Positions 19,189-28,738 of a stretch of DNA of 64,000 nt are shown here, piece after piece. The position numbers and the translations under genes were made by a program. The stretch is from positions 35,126 through 99,125 of the IMG/VR virus record IMGVR_UViG_2687453420_000002; one strand, 5' to 3'. Below the pieces are notes generated by a model. That model was not told where the DNA came from. It worked only from the letters and a program-made list of their open reading frames with translations, and made no database searches. This stretch comes from a virus. Its lineage: Duplodnaviria > Caudoviricetes. The number at the start of each line of letters is the position of its first letter. The stretch's first letter is position 1.

Positions 19189-19755
19189 CTACTTAATTTC
19201 TAAAGTTTCATTAGTTTCTTCTACTGTAAGACCTTCTATATCTAAAATTTCTCCTGTAGTTTTATTTATTATTTGATTGTCTTTAATTTCTAAATCTTCT
19301 TTCATCTCACCCCATTTCAACTTAGGTTCTTTTTTAATGTAGGTTTCATCCTTAGCACTTAATAAATGTTCTAGTATCTTTGTATCATCATGATTTAACT
19401 TAATCTTAGATTTCCTTATAACAAGTTTTCCACTTAATAAGTTGTAGCTTCTTTGCGTTTTAGTTTCCTTCATCTTCAAATTTTTTGTATAAGCCATAAG
19501 TTGTTCTTTATTAAAATCTATTTCATTATTTATTTTTTCTGTTTTTATTCTTAGTTGTTCTTTTATTGCTGCTATTCTATTTTTAGCTATCATTTCAATC
19601 CTTGTTTTTTCTTCCTCAAGCTCTTTTATTTCCTGTATCTTTTCATCTGCATGAGTATCATTACCTATTACTGAAACTTGAGCTTTTTCTATTCCTTCAT
19701 CTAGCATTTCATCAAATGTCAATGGTATTTCATAATCCGAACATCTTATTTCCAT
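19189..19755 (-). CDS. Mu Gam-like host-nuclease inhibitor
   Basis: Coiled coil then KTQRSYNLLSGKL..RK and KEPKLKWGEMK. Confidence 0.75.
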   Translation of the reverse strand: MEIRCSDYEIPLTFDEMLDEGIEKAQVSVIGNDTHADEKIQEIKELEEEKTRIEMIAKNRIAAIKEQLRIKTEKINNEIDFNKEQLMAYTKNLKMKETKTQRSYNLLSGKLVIRKSKIKLNHDDTKILEHLLSAKDETYIKKEPKLKWGEMKEDLEIKDNQIINKTTGEILDIEGLTVEETNETLEIK

Positions 19756-19788
19756 TATTTTTCCTCCTTCATTCCGTACCTCTTCACC

Positions 19789-19898
19789 TCCTTGTAACTA
19801 AATCAACTAACTGTTATCGCAGTGGCCATACATTTTATTGTGGTGTGGCTCTTATCTTCGCCTACTCCCGCTCTAATTAGTTCATTTAGTTACAAGGA
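19789..19898 (-). ncRNA. Candidate structured cis-regulatory RNA
   Basis: Closing stem with 20 of 21 pairs around inner hairpins; 3' arm runs into an AAGGAGG. Confidence 0.5.
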
Positions 19899-19993
19899 TT
19901 TTGGTACTAATTGTAATGTTATTGCATATACATAGACTAGAGAAGTATATGCATTTTTCCTGTAGTAAAATTTTTTAAAAAGGCTTTTCAGCC

Positions 19994-20170
19994 TTAATTT
20001 TTCTTAAGCTTTCTCTCTTTATATACTTTAATAAGTTCCTCAATTTGTTCCGGAGGTAAAGTTTCTATAAGAACTTTGGCTACTGCTTTTCCTACTCTTT
20101 CCTCATATGCTTTCATATGTTCTGGAGGTGGGTAATTTATTCTTATATTAAATTTAGGTTCTTTAGCCAT
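19994..20170 (-). CDS. 58-aa hypothetical protein (not in ORF track)
   Basis: GAGGAGG RBS; MAKEPKFNIRINYPPPE... Confidence 0.6.
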   Translation of the reverse strand: MAKEPKFNIRINYPPPEHMKAYEERVGKAVAKVLIETLPPEQIEELIKVYKERKLKKN

Positions 20171-20241
20171 CAGTTCTTCCTCCTCTCTTTACTTAGTTAT
20201 TATTCATCTTATGAGAAATCGTATCTATTTGTTAAAATTAT

Positions 20242-20610
20242 TTATTGTATTTGATATTCTTTAAAAGCTTTAACTGCACAATAATGAATGCTTAACTCTC
20301 TAGTATCAATTTTCTCTTCTATTTCAAAACATAGATGTACTTCCTTATAATCCCATATGGCAACATTCGCTATTTCTTTATTCTTATTTAAAAAGCAAAG
20401 ATTCCAACTTCCATCATCTTCATTTTTATATGCTTCGACTCTGTCAATTAATGTGCCTACATGTAAAACATCAGTTACTACAAAACATCCTGTATCTCCA
20501 TTTATCTGTTTCTTATTCAGTAATTCATTTATCGCTGATACATTTCCAGCAATTTTTTCTTCATCAAAGCAATCTCTAAAAACAAAAGTCTTTGTATAAT
20601 CACACCACAT
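20242..20610 (-). CDS. Hypothetical protein
   Basis: RBS inside the upstream gene end. Confidence 0.65.
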   Translation of the reverse strand: MWCDYTKTFVFRDCFDEEKIAGNVSAINELLNKKQINGDTGCFVVTDVLHVGTLIDRVEAYKNEDDGSWNLCFLNKNKEIANVAIWDYKEVHLCFEIEEKIDTRELSIHYCAVKAFKEYQIQ

Positions 20611-21405
20611 TTAAATTACCTCCTCATTAAGTGAATATAAATTTTTAGCAAGTTCTCTTACATCATTTTCATAAAGCTTACAAGCTATTTCATAAAGTTC
20701 AGGTATCTTATTCATGACCTTATCAATGTAGTCAACTTTACTTTTTAGCTTTGGTTTATGTTTTTTGTTGTATTTCTCTAGTTTATTTTTTATACTTTCA
20801 ATGTGATACTTCATTTCAAATTGTTTATATAGTTCATTCCAACGTTCCCTATAATTTGCACCTTTGTATCTAACAACTCTATTTAATATCTGTCTTTTCT
20901 CTGCTAGTGATATTTCATCAACTAAACCTACAATTACATCTTCTTTATGTTCTATTTCTGTCTCTTTTAATGCTATAATCTCATTTTGCTTCCTTATAGT
21001 TTCTAAGGTGTTCCTGAAAACCATTTTACTTTGATCATCCAAATAAGGTAGGTAAGTATTAATAAATAGGTCTTCGCTTGCAACATAACCACCAGTTTTC
21101 CTTATAGTTGGTAACACTTCATCAAAAACCCAAACCTCAAATTTTTCTGCTGATGGTAAATGTGAACCAGTAATTAATCTATAAATGTCACCTTCAGGTA
21201 TTAAATTTACTTCAACTCCATTAACTTTTAACCCGTTACATTTTGTAACGCATTTACATTTTCTTGATAAAGTCGTTCTCCAGCTACCTTCTGCATAACC
21301 TAATGCTTTTAAAACGTCATTCGCTACGGCATAAGGTTTATTGTTTATTTCTGTCATTTTTACCATTCCAAACTCTTGATTTTTAAAAATCTGTAAGTTA
21401 TTCAT
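20611..21405 (-). CDS. BRO-N family antirepressor
   Basis: MNNLQIFKNQEFG...IPEGDIYRLI...WVFDEVLPTIRKTGGY. Confidence 0.9.
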   Translation of the reverse strand: MNNLQIFKNQEFGMVKMTEINNKPYAVANDVLKALGYAEGSWRTTLSRKCKCVTKCNGLKVNGVEVNLIPEGDIYRLITGSHLPSAEKFEVWVFDEVLPTIRKTGGYVASEDLFINTYLPYLDDQSKMVFRNTLETIRKQNEIIALKETEIEHKEDVIVGLVDEISLAEKRQILNRVVRYKGANYRERWNELYKQFEMKYHIESIKNKLEKYNKKHKPKLKSKVDYIDKVMNKIPELYEIACKLYENDVRELAKNLYSLNEEVI

Positions 21406-21457
21406 TCCCTCATCACCCTTTTGTTCACTAATTTAATTTTCAAAGAAAATGTTTAAA

Positions 21458-21688
21458 CTATTTATTAAGCAGTTCCTGTTGTCGTTTTGACGTCATACTT
21501 TGCAAAAAAATTTCTTCTATTGTACTGTTATATTTTTGTGATATTTTATATGCTTCATTAAGAGTGAAATCAGTTTTGCCATTTTCTTTAAAGTTGAATG
21601 TAGATACTCTTACGCCTAAAAAATCAGCTAAATCTTTTTGAGTATCTCCATGTTTTGCTCTAAGTGATTTCAATTTACGATTAATCAT
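21458..21688 (-). CDS. Cro-like XRE regulator
   Basis: HTH; divergent from the repressor. Confidence 0.85.
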   Translation of the reverse strand: MINRKLKSLRAKHGDTQKDLADFLGVRVSTFNFKENGKTDFTLNEAYKISQKYNSTIEEIFLQSMTSKRQQELLNK

Positions 21689-21707
21689 ATATAATCACCT
21701 CCTTGTT

Positions 21708-21803
21708 GTCGTTTTGACTACTTGTATGCTTTTATTATAGTTGTCATTATGTCGTTTGTCAATACTATTTTTACTCTTTTTTTAAAAAAATATTCATTAT
21801 GAC
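21708..21803. promoter_or_regulatory. Lysis/lysogeny switch operators (GTC-N5-GAC)
   Basis: gtcgttttgac 21708, gtcattatgtc 21743, ttcattatgac 21793; further exact copy of the first at 21481. Confidence 0.6.
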
Positions 21804-21859
21804 GTTATTTATTTTTAAAACAACAAAATGTGTATAATAATATATAGGAGGTAGTCAAT

Positions 21860-22294
21860 ATGAAAACTATTGGTGAAAGAATAAAAGAATTAAGAGAAGA
21901 AAAAGGAATAAATCAGCTTGAATTATCTAAAATATTAAATGTTCATAAAGGCAGTGTTTCTAATTGGGAGAACAACAAACGAACTCCTGATGCAGACATG
22001 CTTACAAAAATTGCTGATTTTTTTAATTGTTCAGTAGATTACTTATTAGGCAATACAGATATAAAAAATAAATTAAATATGTCAAAATTATTTAGTGGAG
22101 CTGGAGGTTTAAAACTAGATTCATTTAAAGAATTAATACAGGAAAATGAATCTAATAACAATACTTTATTTAGCTTTATGCTAGAAGATAAACTAAAAGA
22201 GGCTGGATTGTATAATGAAAATATGAGTAATGAAGAAAAAAACAACCTCGCTAATAAAATTCTTGATATTTTGAAAATTATGCAAAAAAAATAG
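21860..22294 (+). CDS. CI-like XRE repressor without an S24 peptidase domain
   Basis: IGERIKELREEKG...SNWENNKRTPD...SVDYLLG. Confidence 0.88.
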   Translation: MKTIGERIKELREEKGINQLELSKILNVHKGSVSNWENNKRTPDADMLTKIADFFNCSVDYLLGNTDIKNKLNMSKLFSGAGGLKLDSFKELIQENESNNNTLFSFMLEDKLKEAGLYNENMSNEEKNNLANKILDILKIMQKK

Positions 22295-22304
22295 GAGCGA
22301 ACAA

Positions 22305-22439
22305 CTAATAAGAGTTGTCCTGCTCCTTTTCTTTTTTTAATATATTTATTATTTTTTCTACTGTATCACACATATCAGTATTTCTAATAATAATTGATTC
22401 TTTTTTCATGAGTTCACTTATTATTAAATTAAATTCCAT
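22305..22439 (-). CDS. 44-aa protein, candidate SOS-induced antirepressor
   Basis: GGGGG RBS before MEFNL; downstream of a promoter carrying a LexA box. Confidence 0.5.
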   Translation of the reverse strand: MEFNLIISELMKKESIIIRNTDMCDTVEKIINILKKEKEQDNSY

Positions 22440-22641
22440 TTTCATTCCCCCATTATCTATTTTAATATATCTTATTGTTATAATAATTTTTTTAAACATT
22501 TATACAATATAATTTTTAAATATTTTTCACAAAAATTATAAACATTTTATAAATGATTCTGATCTATAAAAATTTCCAACCTATGTATTATAATTTAAAA
22601 GTCATTTTATACAACTAAAATTTAATTTTTTTATTCCCATC

Positions 22642-22689
22642 AAACATATGTTCTGTATTAATAATAAACCTTTTGGTAAATATTTTCAA
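22642..22689 (-). promoter_or_regulatory. SigA promoter with LexA (Cheo) box
   Basis: TTGAAA-N17-TATTAT followed by GAAC-ATAT-GTTT. Confidence 0.65.
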
Positions 22690-22861
22690 GCACATGTACA
22701 ATAAATATTATAAACCTAAAAGTTAGCTCCGCCCGAGCTAGTTTTATATAAAAATTTACATAATTGGACAAACTATAAAATTATACCAATAATATAATAA
22801 TGCATTTAAATAGCTCTATAAGTAATAATAAAAATAAGTTGCTAATTGAGGAAGGAGAGCT

Positions 22862-23113
22862 ATGAAGCATAAAATAAATGTCGAAGAATATAGAAATAAA
22901 AATTTTATAAGTCAGAATAAACTTGCTAAAAAAATTAATATTAGCCAAAGTTATCTTTCTTCTGTAGAAAGAGAAATAAAAAGTCCTACATTGAGAATGT
23001 TGTATCGTATTGCAGAAGAATTAGATGTTTGCCCTCGATTGCTAATTAAATGTACAATAGAATGTAGTGAATGTAAAAAACAATACAAATGTATTTGTGA
23101 GGGGGAAGACTAA
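22862..23113 (+). CDS. XRE HTH protein with Cys-rich tail, coupled to the integrase
   Basis: SQNKLAKKINISQSYLSSVE; stop overlaps the integrase ATG. Confidence 0.8.
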   Translation: MKHKINVEEYRNKNFISQNKLAKKINISQSYLSSVEREIKSPTLRMLYRIAEELDVCPRLLIKCTIECSECKKQYKCICEGED

Positions 23114-24732
23114 TGAAGGCAGGAATTTACAGCAGAAAATCAATGTTCACAGGTAAAGGTGACTCTGTAGAAAATCAAGTCCAAATGTGTAAAGATTATG
23201 GAAACAGATTAAATGTAGATGAATATTTAATATATGAGGATGAAGGGTATTCAGGAGGTAATATTAATAGGCCTAAATTTCAAGAGTTATTACAAGATGT
23301 TAAAAAGAAAAAGTTTGACGTGCTTATATGTTATAGATTAGACCGTATAAGTAGAAATGTAGCAGACTTCTCTTCTACTCTTGAACTACTTCAAGACAAT
23401 AATATAAGTTTTGTAAGCATAAAAGAACAGTTTGATACTTCTACACCGATGGGTAAAGCTATGGTTTATATAGCTTCTGTTTTTGCACAGTTAGAACGTG
23501 AAACCATTGCTGAACGTGTAAGAGATAATATGTTAGAACTCGCTAAATCTGGAAGATGGTTAGGTGGTCAAACTCCTTTAGGATTTGAATCTGAAAAAAT
23601 ATCTTATTTTGATGCAGAAATGAAAGAAAGAACTATGTATAAACTTTCTCCTGAACCTAAAGAACTAGAATTAGTTAAATTAATTTATAATAAATACTTA
23701 GAAACTGGATCTATACACCTAACATTAAAATATTTATTATCTAATAATATAAAAGGTAAAAATGGTGGAGAATTTGCATCCATGTCTATAAATGATATAT
23801 TAAGGAATCCTGTATATGCTAAATCTAATGAAATGGTACTTAATTATCTTGAAGATAAAGGCATGAATATATGTGGTACCGCTAATGGAAATGGTATCTT
23901 AATATATAACAAAAGAAACTCTAAGTATAAGAAAAAAAGTGTAAATGAGTGGATAGCTGCAGTTAGTAAACACAAAGGAATTATACCTGCTAATACATGG
24001 CTAGAAGTTCAAAAAACTCTAGATAAAAATTCTAAAAAAGATACTCCAAGACAAGGAACATCTAAAAAGGCATTATTATCTGGAGTTTTAAAATGCAGTA
24101 GATGCGGTGCTCCTATGCGAGTTACTTATGGCAGGAAAAGAAAAGATGGCACTTCCATATATTATTATACATGTACTATGAAAGCTCATAGTGGCAAAAC
24201 TAGGTGTGATAATCCTAATGTACGCGGGGACTATTTAGAAAAAAACATTATTACAGAATTAAAAAACTTAAATTCTGATGTAGTCATTAAAGGGCTTGAA
24301 GAACATAAAAAACAACTAGCTGCAACAACAGAAAATTCAATTATAAAAAATATTTCTAAAGAAATAGAAGAAAAAAAGAAAGAAATGGATTCTTTGATTA
24401 ATAAACTTTCTAAAATAGAAAGTGATATAGCATCTGAATTTGTATTATCTAAAGTAGATTCTTTAGGAAAAGAAATTAAAGAATTGGAAGTTAATTTATT
24501 AAAAAGAACCGATAAGAAAAAAGAAAACTGTGATATTGAACTTAATATTGAAATAGTGTTGCAAGCAATAAAAGAATTTAATGATTTTTTCAATAGTGTT
24601 GAGAGTTTTAAAGATGATGAATTAACTATACAAAGGAAAAGATATCTTCTTGAAAGAGCTGTAGATGAAATTAGAATAGATGGAGAAACTAATAGAATAG
24701 ATATTGATTTATGGAGGGCTAAAAAAAAATAG
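23113..24732 (+). CDS. Large serine integrase
   Basis: YSRKS catalytic Ser, YRLDRISR, recombinase domain, zinc ribbon CSRCG...YYYTC, coiled coil. Confidence 0.95.
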   Translation: MKAGIYSRKSMFTGKGDSVENQVQMCKDYGNRLNVDEYLIYEDEGYSGGNINRPKFQELLQDVKKKKFDVLICYRLDRISRNVADFSSTLELLQDNNISFVSIKEQFDTSTPMGKAMVYIASVFAQLERETIAERVRDNMLELAKSGRWLGGQTPLGFESEKISYFDAEMKERTMYKLSPEPKELELVKLIYNKYLETGSIHLTLKYLLSNNIKGKNGGEFASMSINDILRNPVYAKSNEMVLNYLEDKGMNICGTANGNGILIYNKRNSKYKKKSVNEWIAAVSKHKGIIPANTWLEVQKTLDKNSKKDTPRQGTSKKALLSGVLKCSRCGAPMRVTYGRKRKDGTSIYYYTCTMKAHSGKTRCDNPNVRGDYLEKNIITELKNLNSDVVIKGLEEHKKQLAATTENSIIKNISKEIEEKKKEMDSLINKLSKIESDIASEFVLSKVDSLGKEIKELEVNLLKRTDKKKENCDIELNIEIVLQAIKEFNDFFNSVESFKDDELTIQRKRYLLERAVDEIRIDGETNRIDIDLWRAKKK

Positions 24733-24740
24733 CCTCCTCT

Positions 24741-25256
24741 ATGGAATATGGTTCCAAAATGTTGCAATTACATAAAGCATGTACATGCATGATTGATATA
24801 ATTGCGACAATTCCTCCAAATATTAACTTTACCTTAGATAAATTATACACTATATCTGAAAATGATACTATAGGAGAACGTATAAGAAAATTAAGGAAAC
24901 TGAAAGATATGACTACTAAAGAGCTAGGAGAAAAAATAGGAATAACATCTGCTGGAATAATTAACTATGAAAATAACAACGCATATCCCTCAGCTCCAAT
25001 AATATTGAAATTGTACACATTACTAAGTAAAAATATAGCTTGCGATGATTATAGTAATTTTATAATATCTAAGTATTGGGAAAAATTAAAAGAGTGGAGA
25101 ATAAATAATAAACTAACTCAAAAAGATGCTGCTACATTTTTACAAGTTGCTGAACGTACATACTATTCTTGGGAAAAGTGTAATTCTTATATAACTAGAC
25201 ATACATTTAATAAAATAAAAAATAAATTAATTCAATTAACAACTAAGGAGCCTTAA
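24741..25256 (+). CDS. Tandem double XRE-HTH protein
   Basis: TIGERIRKLRKLK...INYENN and LKEWRINNKLTQKDAA...YSWEK; no well-spaced RBS. Confidence 0.75.
   Translation: MEYGSKMLQLHKACTCMIDIIATIPPNINFTLDKLYTISENDTIGERIRKLRKLKDMTTKELGEKIGITSAGIINYENNNAYPSAPIILKLYTLLSKNIACDDYSNFIISKYWEKLKEWRINNKLTQKDAATFLQVAERTYYSWEKCNSYITRHTFNKIKNKLIQLTTKEP
24760..24809. other. attP-like site (50-bp imperfect inverted repeat, central CA)
   Basis: tgttgcaattacataaagcatgta-CA-tgcatgattgatataattgcgaca; 19 of 24 flanking pairs complementary; 27 bp after the integrase stop. Confidence 0.7.
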
Positions 25257-25428
25257 TTGGCTCCTGTTTATAATTTTAAAACTATCACATATATAATTAT
25301 TAATAAACTATCCGCTATACATCCCCATTTCATAGAGTTTTTATTACTATTATCTTTTTTATTGAAAAGTTTATTGCCAGTAAATCCTATCATACAAGAC
25401 ATTATTATATATTTAACCATATATCCTC

Positions 25429-27813
25429 CTAATTTAATGGTTTAGGTAATTTAGTTATAAATTTAGCATAACCTTTTTCATATTTTATTAGATTCAAGCT
25501 ATGAAATTGTTTTAAGTTTAAAAGATCCTCAAGTTCATAAGGATTCATTTCTTCCCTAAGTTCTTCAAAATTCTTTTTATCCGCTCCTTGTAACAACATA
25601 TAAGAAGCTCCACTGGCTTTAATTTCATTCTTGAGTTGTGGAATAAGTTGATTCATATAGTGAGCTGATATAATGATCTTAGTTCCAAATTTTCTTAATT
25701 GAGATAATACTGAACAAATAACATTTTCTGCAGTAGGTGCCTGATATAATTCATCATAAAACACATTACATCTAGAAGGTTTTTCATGAAGTGCTCCTCT
25801 TAACTTTGTAGCCAATACTATTTTAGAAGTAAAAAAAGTAACAAGTACGTTTTTGACCATTTGATTATTAAATGAATCCTCTGGCATCTTAATAAGAATT
25901 ACCTTGCCTTGATCCATAGCTTCAACAAAATCTATATTATTGCTACAACTCATATTAAACATATATTTAAGGTATATATTTTCTTGAATAAGATTTACTC
26001 TATCTAAAATTCCATCTATCTTACTTTCTTTTGTCCCTACTATTTCTCTGCTTATTACTTCTTTTGTCTTTTTATCTTTTTCTTCTTTAATATCATCCAA
26101 TTCCTTTAATGTAGTTATCATATCAGAAAAGTAATTTTCACCATCTTCACTCAATTTATTTATATGGTTGATATAATAATCTCTTTTTTTAAAGTCCTGT
26201 AGACACTTTATAACATCACCTATAGAAGTATCATCATGAATATAGACAAGATTGGCTGCTGCGCTTAAATACCTTCGCATTTTACTTGTTAAAGGTAATC
26301 CATCAGTATTTATAGCATCTATAAAAGACATTGTCTGCTCTGCTTTCATATTAGCCATTTTAAACATTGTAAATTCATCTTCACCTTCTGATTTAACTTC
26401 ATTAAACCCTAGCCCTTGAAAACATTCTTTCTTAGATAAATCCAATTCTATTACATCTTCTTTTCTTACACTTCTTTTTACTGTATTAGCTAATTCACAG
26501 TTTTTAATATAATCTAAAATTATTACAGATTCTCTTTTATCATTTGCATTTTTACACATATTTGCAATAAAAGTTGTTTTCCCTCCACCCTGTGGACTTA
26601 ATAAAAGCAATGCTAAATTACCAAAATTATATTCATCTCTCATGTATGCTTTGTATTCTTTACCTTTATAATTTGAAGGTCCTAAATAAACATATCCCTT
26701 TTGTAATTCTTCAGGAATAGGATTTTCAAGTACATCTACCTTTGTATTAATCTTAAATCTTTGTAGTAACTCTCTTCCTGGAATCTGCATAAAATTATTA
26801 CATTCTAAAGTACTCATTCTATTAATATCAACCTTTTTAAACTTATAATCATAAGGATCTATCTTTGATTTGCTATTTACTTTTTTATATTGTAGCGAGT
26901 TATCTTGACCTAAATTTTTATAAGATTCTAACACTGCAAAAGCATTGTTTTGTTGCCTTAATTTATCTTTACTTATACTAGAAACTAATAATTGTGTATC
27001 TAGCACTACAGCATTTTCTTTTCTTCTTGTTATAGTTGAAAGATTAGTTAATTTATCTATAGATGTAATCGCAATTTCCGAATGTGTTCTAGGTGTCCCA
27101 TCTCCAACAAAGTCATTGAACACATCAAAAACTAAATCTATGAATTTTATTGCTCCTATACCTATATATTTAAGAATTACAAAGAAGTCTAATTTTTCTT
27201 TATCTATTGGAAAACCCGCTTGTATTTTCTTCATAGTTTCCTTATAGTTGCCCTTCCACTTGCTTTGATTAACAGGAATAAAATTATACAAAATATCTAT
27301 TTTATCTTCTTCTTCTATTATATCTATTACATTTAATATGTTATTTAAAGGGTCATTAGTTTTTTTGTTAACCTTTAAACTTAAAGCATCTTCTTTATCA
27401 TAATATAATTGGTATTTTAAAGATTTATTAAATTCTTTTTCATCCATTGGTATAGTATCAACTTCTTTTACAGTTATTCTTTTCCATGTTTCTGTGCACT
27501 TTTCTATAAATAAGTTTTTATATAATTTAGGTACTACCATATAAAAAGTACAATCTTCTTTAGTAATGCTAATTTGAAATAAAACCTTTGCAGGCAATTT
27601 ATATACAACTTTAAAACCTTTATTTTTCACTTCTTTCATTATTCTCTGATATGGTATCCTATACATATTCGCTATTGTTTTAGCAATAAGTTCAGTATCA
27701 TAATTACGATTACTTGTATCTGGTGTAATATGCAATACTGAATATTTGGGTTTTACTATTTCAAACCAATCACTCATTTTATAAGTTTTTTCCTTTTTAA
27801 AAAAATCAAACAT
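25429..27813 (-). CDS. VirB4/VirD4/HerA-FtsK superfamily ATPase
   Basis: Walker A SPQGGGKTT, Walker B VFYDE, QLRKFG, SAHYMNQL; one hydrophobic segment. Confidence 0.8.
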   Translation of the reverse strand: MFDFFKKEKTYKMSDWFEIVKPKYSVLHITPDTSNRNYDTELIAKTIANMYRIPYQRIMKEVKNKGFKVVYKLPAKVLFQISITKEDCTFYMVVPKLYKNLFIEKCTETWKRITVKEVDTIPMDEKEFNKSLKYQLYYDKEDALSLKVNKKTNDPLNNILNVIDIIEEEDKIDILYNFIPVNQSKWKGNYKETMKKIQAGFPIDKEKLDFFVILKYIGIGAIKFIDLVFDVFNDFVGDGTPRTHSEIAITSIDKLTNLSTITRRKENAVVLDTQLLVSSISKDKLRQQNNAFAVLESYKNLGQDNSLQYKKVNSKSKIDPYDYKFKKVDINRMSTLECNNFMQIPGRELLQRFKINTKVDVLENPIPEELQKGYVYLGPSNYKGKEYKAYMRDEYNFGNLALLLLSPQGGGKTTFIANMCKNANDKRESVIILDYIKNCELANTVKRSVRKEDVIELDLSKKECFQGLGFNEVKSEGEDEFTMFKMANMKAEQTMSFIDAINTDGLPLTSKMRRYLSAAANLVYIHDDTSIGDVIKCLQDFKKRDYYINHINKLSEDGENYFSDMITTLKELDDIKEEKDKKTKEVISREIVGTKESKIDGILDRVNLIQENIYLKYMFNMSCSNNIDFVEAMDQGKVILIKMPEDSFNNQMVKNVLVTFFTSKIVLATKLRGALHEKPSRCNVFYDELYQAPTAENVICSVLSQLRKFGTKIIISAHYMNQLIPQLKNEIKASGASYMLLQGADKKNFEELREEMNPYELEDLLNLKQFHSLNLIKYEKGYAKFITKLPKPLN

Positions 27814-27823
27814 AGTTTTCTCC

Positions 27824-28150
27824 TTATAAAGAACTATTAAACATCATTATTATAATGTAAGTTATAATACTTCCTTTTGCCCATAATTTTCCCTTCTTCC
27901 AACCTATAATGTAAGCTATAATACTAAAAAGACATATAAACATACATATCCAAAAGCTATTTTTAACAACACTCACCCAAACAACCGCTGAAAATTCCTT
28001 AGGGTGTTTTGTGTAATATATAAAATTAGATATAGATTCAAAGAAAGCTTTAGTATTGGCATTAAATTCATTTATGCTTTTAACAATTTCAAAATTAGAT
28101 ATATCCAAATGACTATTTATATTACCTTGTAAAAATTCTTGTACGCTCAT
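27824..28150 (-). CDS. Small two-TM membrane protein
   Basis: Two hydrophobic helices separated by GWKKGK. Confidence 0.75.
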   Translation of the reverse strand: MSVQEFLQGNINSHLDISNFEIVKSINEFNANTKAFFESISNFIYYTKHPKEFSAVVWVSVVKNSFWICMFICLFSIIAYIIGWKKGKLWAKGSIITYIIIMMFNSSL

Positions 28151-28160
28151 TTGTTACCTC

Positions 28161-28595
28161 CTACATAAAAATACTTCTAATTAATTGGAACCCTTCTGGT
28201 ATTAAATAGTTCATTATACATATTAAAAATCCTGTTCCTACTTTCTTCCATGTTCCTTCGCCCTTAACTGCCAATTCCAATAGTGCTTTAAAAGCGTAAA
28301 TCATAGAAGCCCAGAATATAACAGATTGAGCTATTCCCACTAACCTCCAACCACCTTGATCTAATTTCGCTATTCCAGTTTTAGGTACTGCCATAACTTT
28401 TTCTGCATACATCAACCCTCCTAATGTAAAAGCTAATGCATTGTATAATTTATCTCCTTCTTTTAAATAAATACCTTCATCATTAAGTTTTTTTACCATT
28501 GTACAACTTAATTTCTCTATTTTAGTTTCATTAGTTTTTTTTATAACTTTTAAGCCTTCTTCAAATGTATAAACTTTCTTTTTATTTAAAAACAT
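28161..28595 (-). CDS. TrbC/VirB2 pilin-like membrane protein
   Basis: Leader ending VMA, then a two-TM hairpin; family assignment inferred from topology. Confidence 0.6.
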   Translation of the reverse strand: MFLNKKKVYTFEEGLKVIKKTNETKIEKLSCTMVKKLNDEGIYLKEGDKLYNALAFTLGGLMYAEKVMAVPKTGIAKLDQGGWRLVGIAQSVIFWASMIYAFKALLELAVKGEGTWKKVGTGFLICIMNYLIPEGFQLIRSIFM

Positions 28596-28666
28596 ATAAA
28601 CCTCCTGAATAATATTAATTAAATTGGTAAAAATAAAGATATAATTTATGAAGGGATTTGATATTA

Positions 28667-28738
28667 ATGGAATTTTTATTTTTTTGTTCTTCTACTTATG
28701 TTGTTCTAGAATTGCTTAAAACTATATGCTGTAAATAA
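28667..28738 (+). CDS. Possible 23-aa hydrophobic peptide
   Basis: GAAGGGA RBS; MEFLFFCSSTYVVLELLKTICCK. Confidence 0.35.
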   Translation: MEFLFFCSSTYVVLELLKTICCK

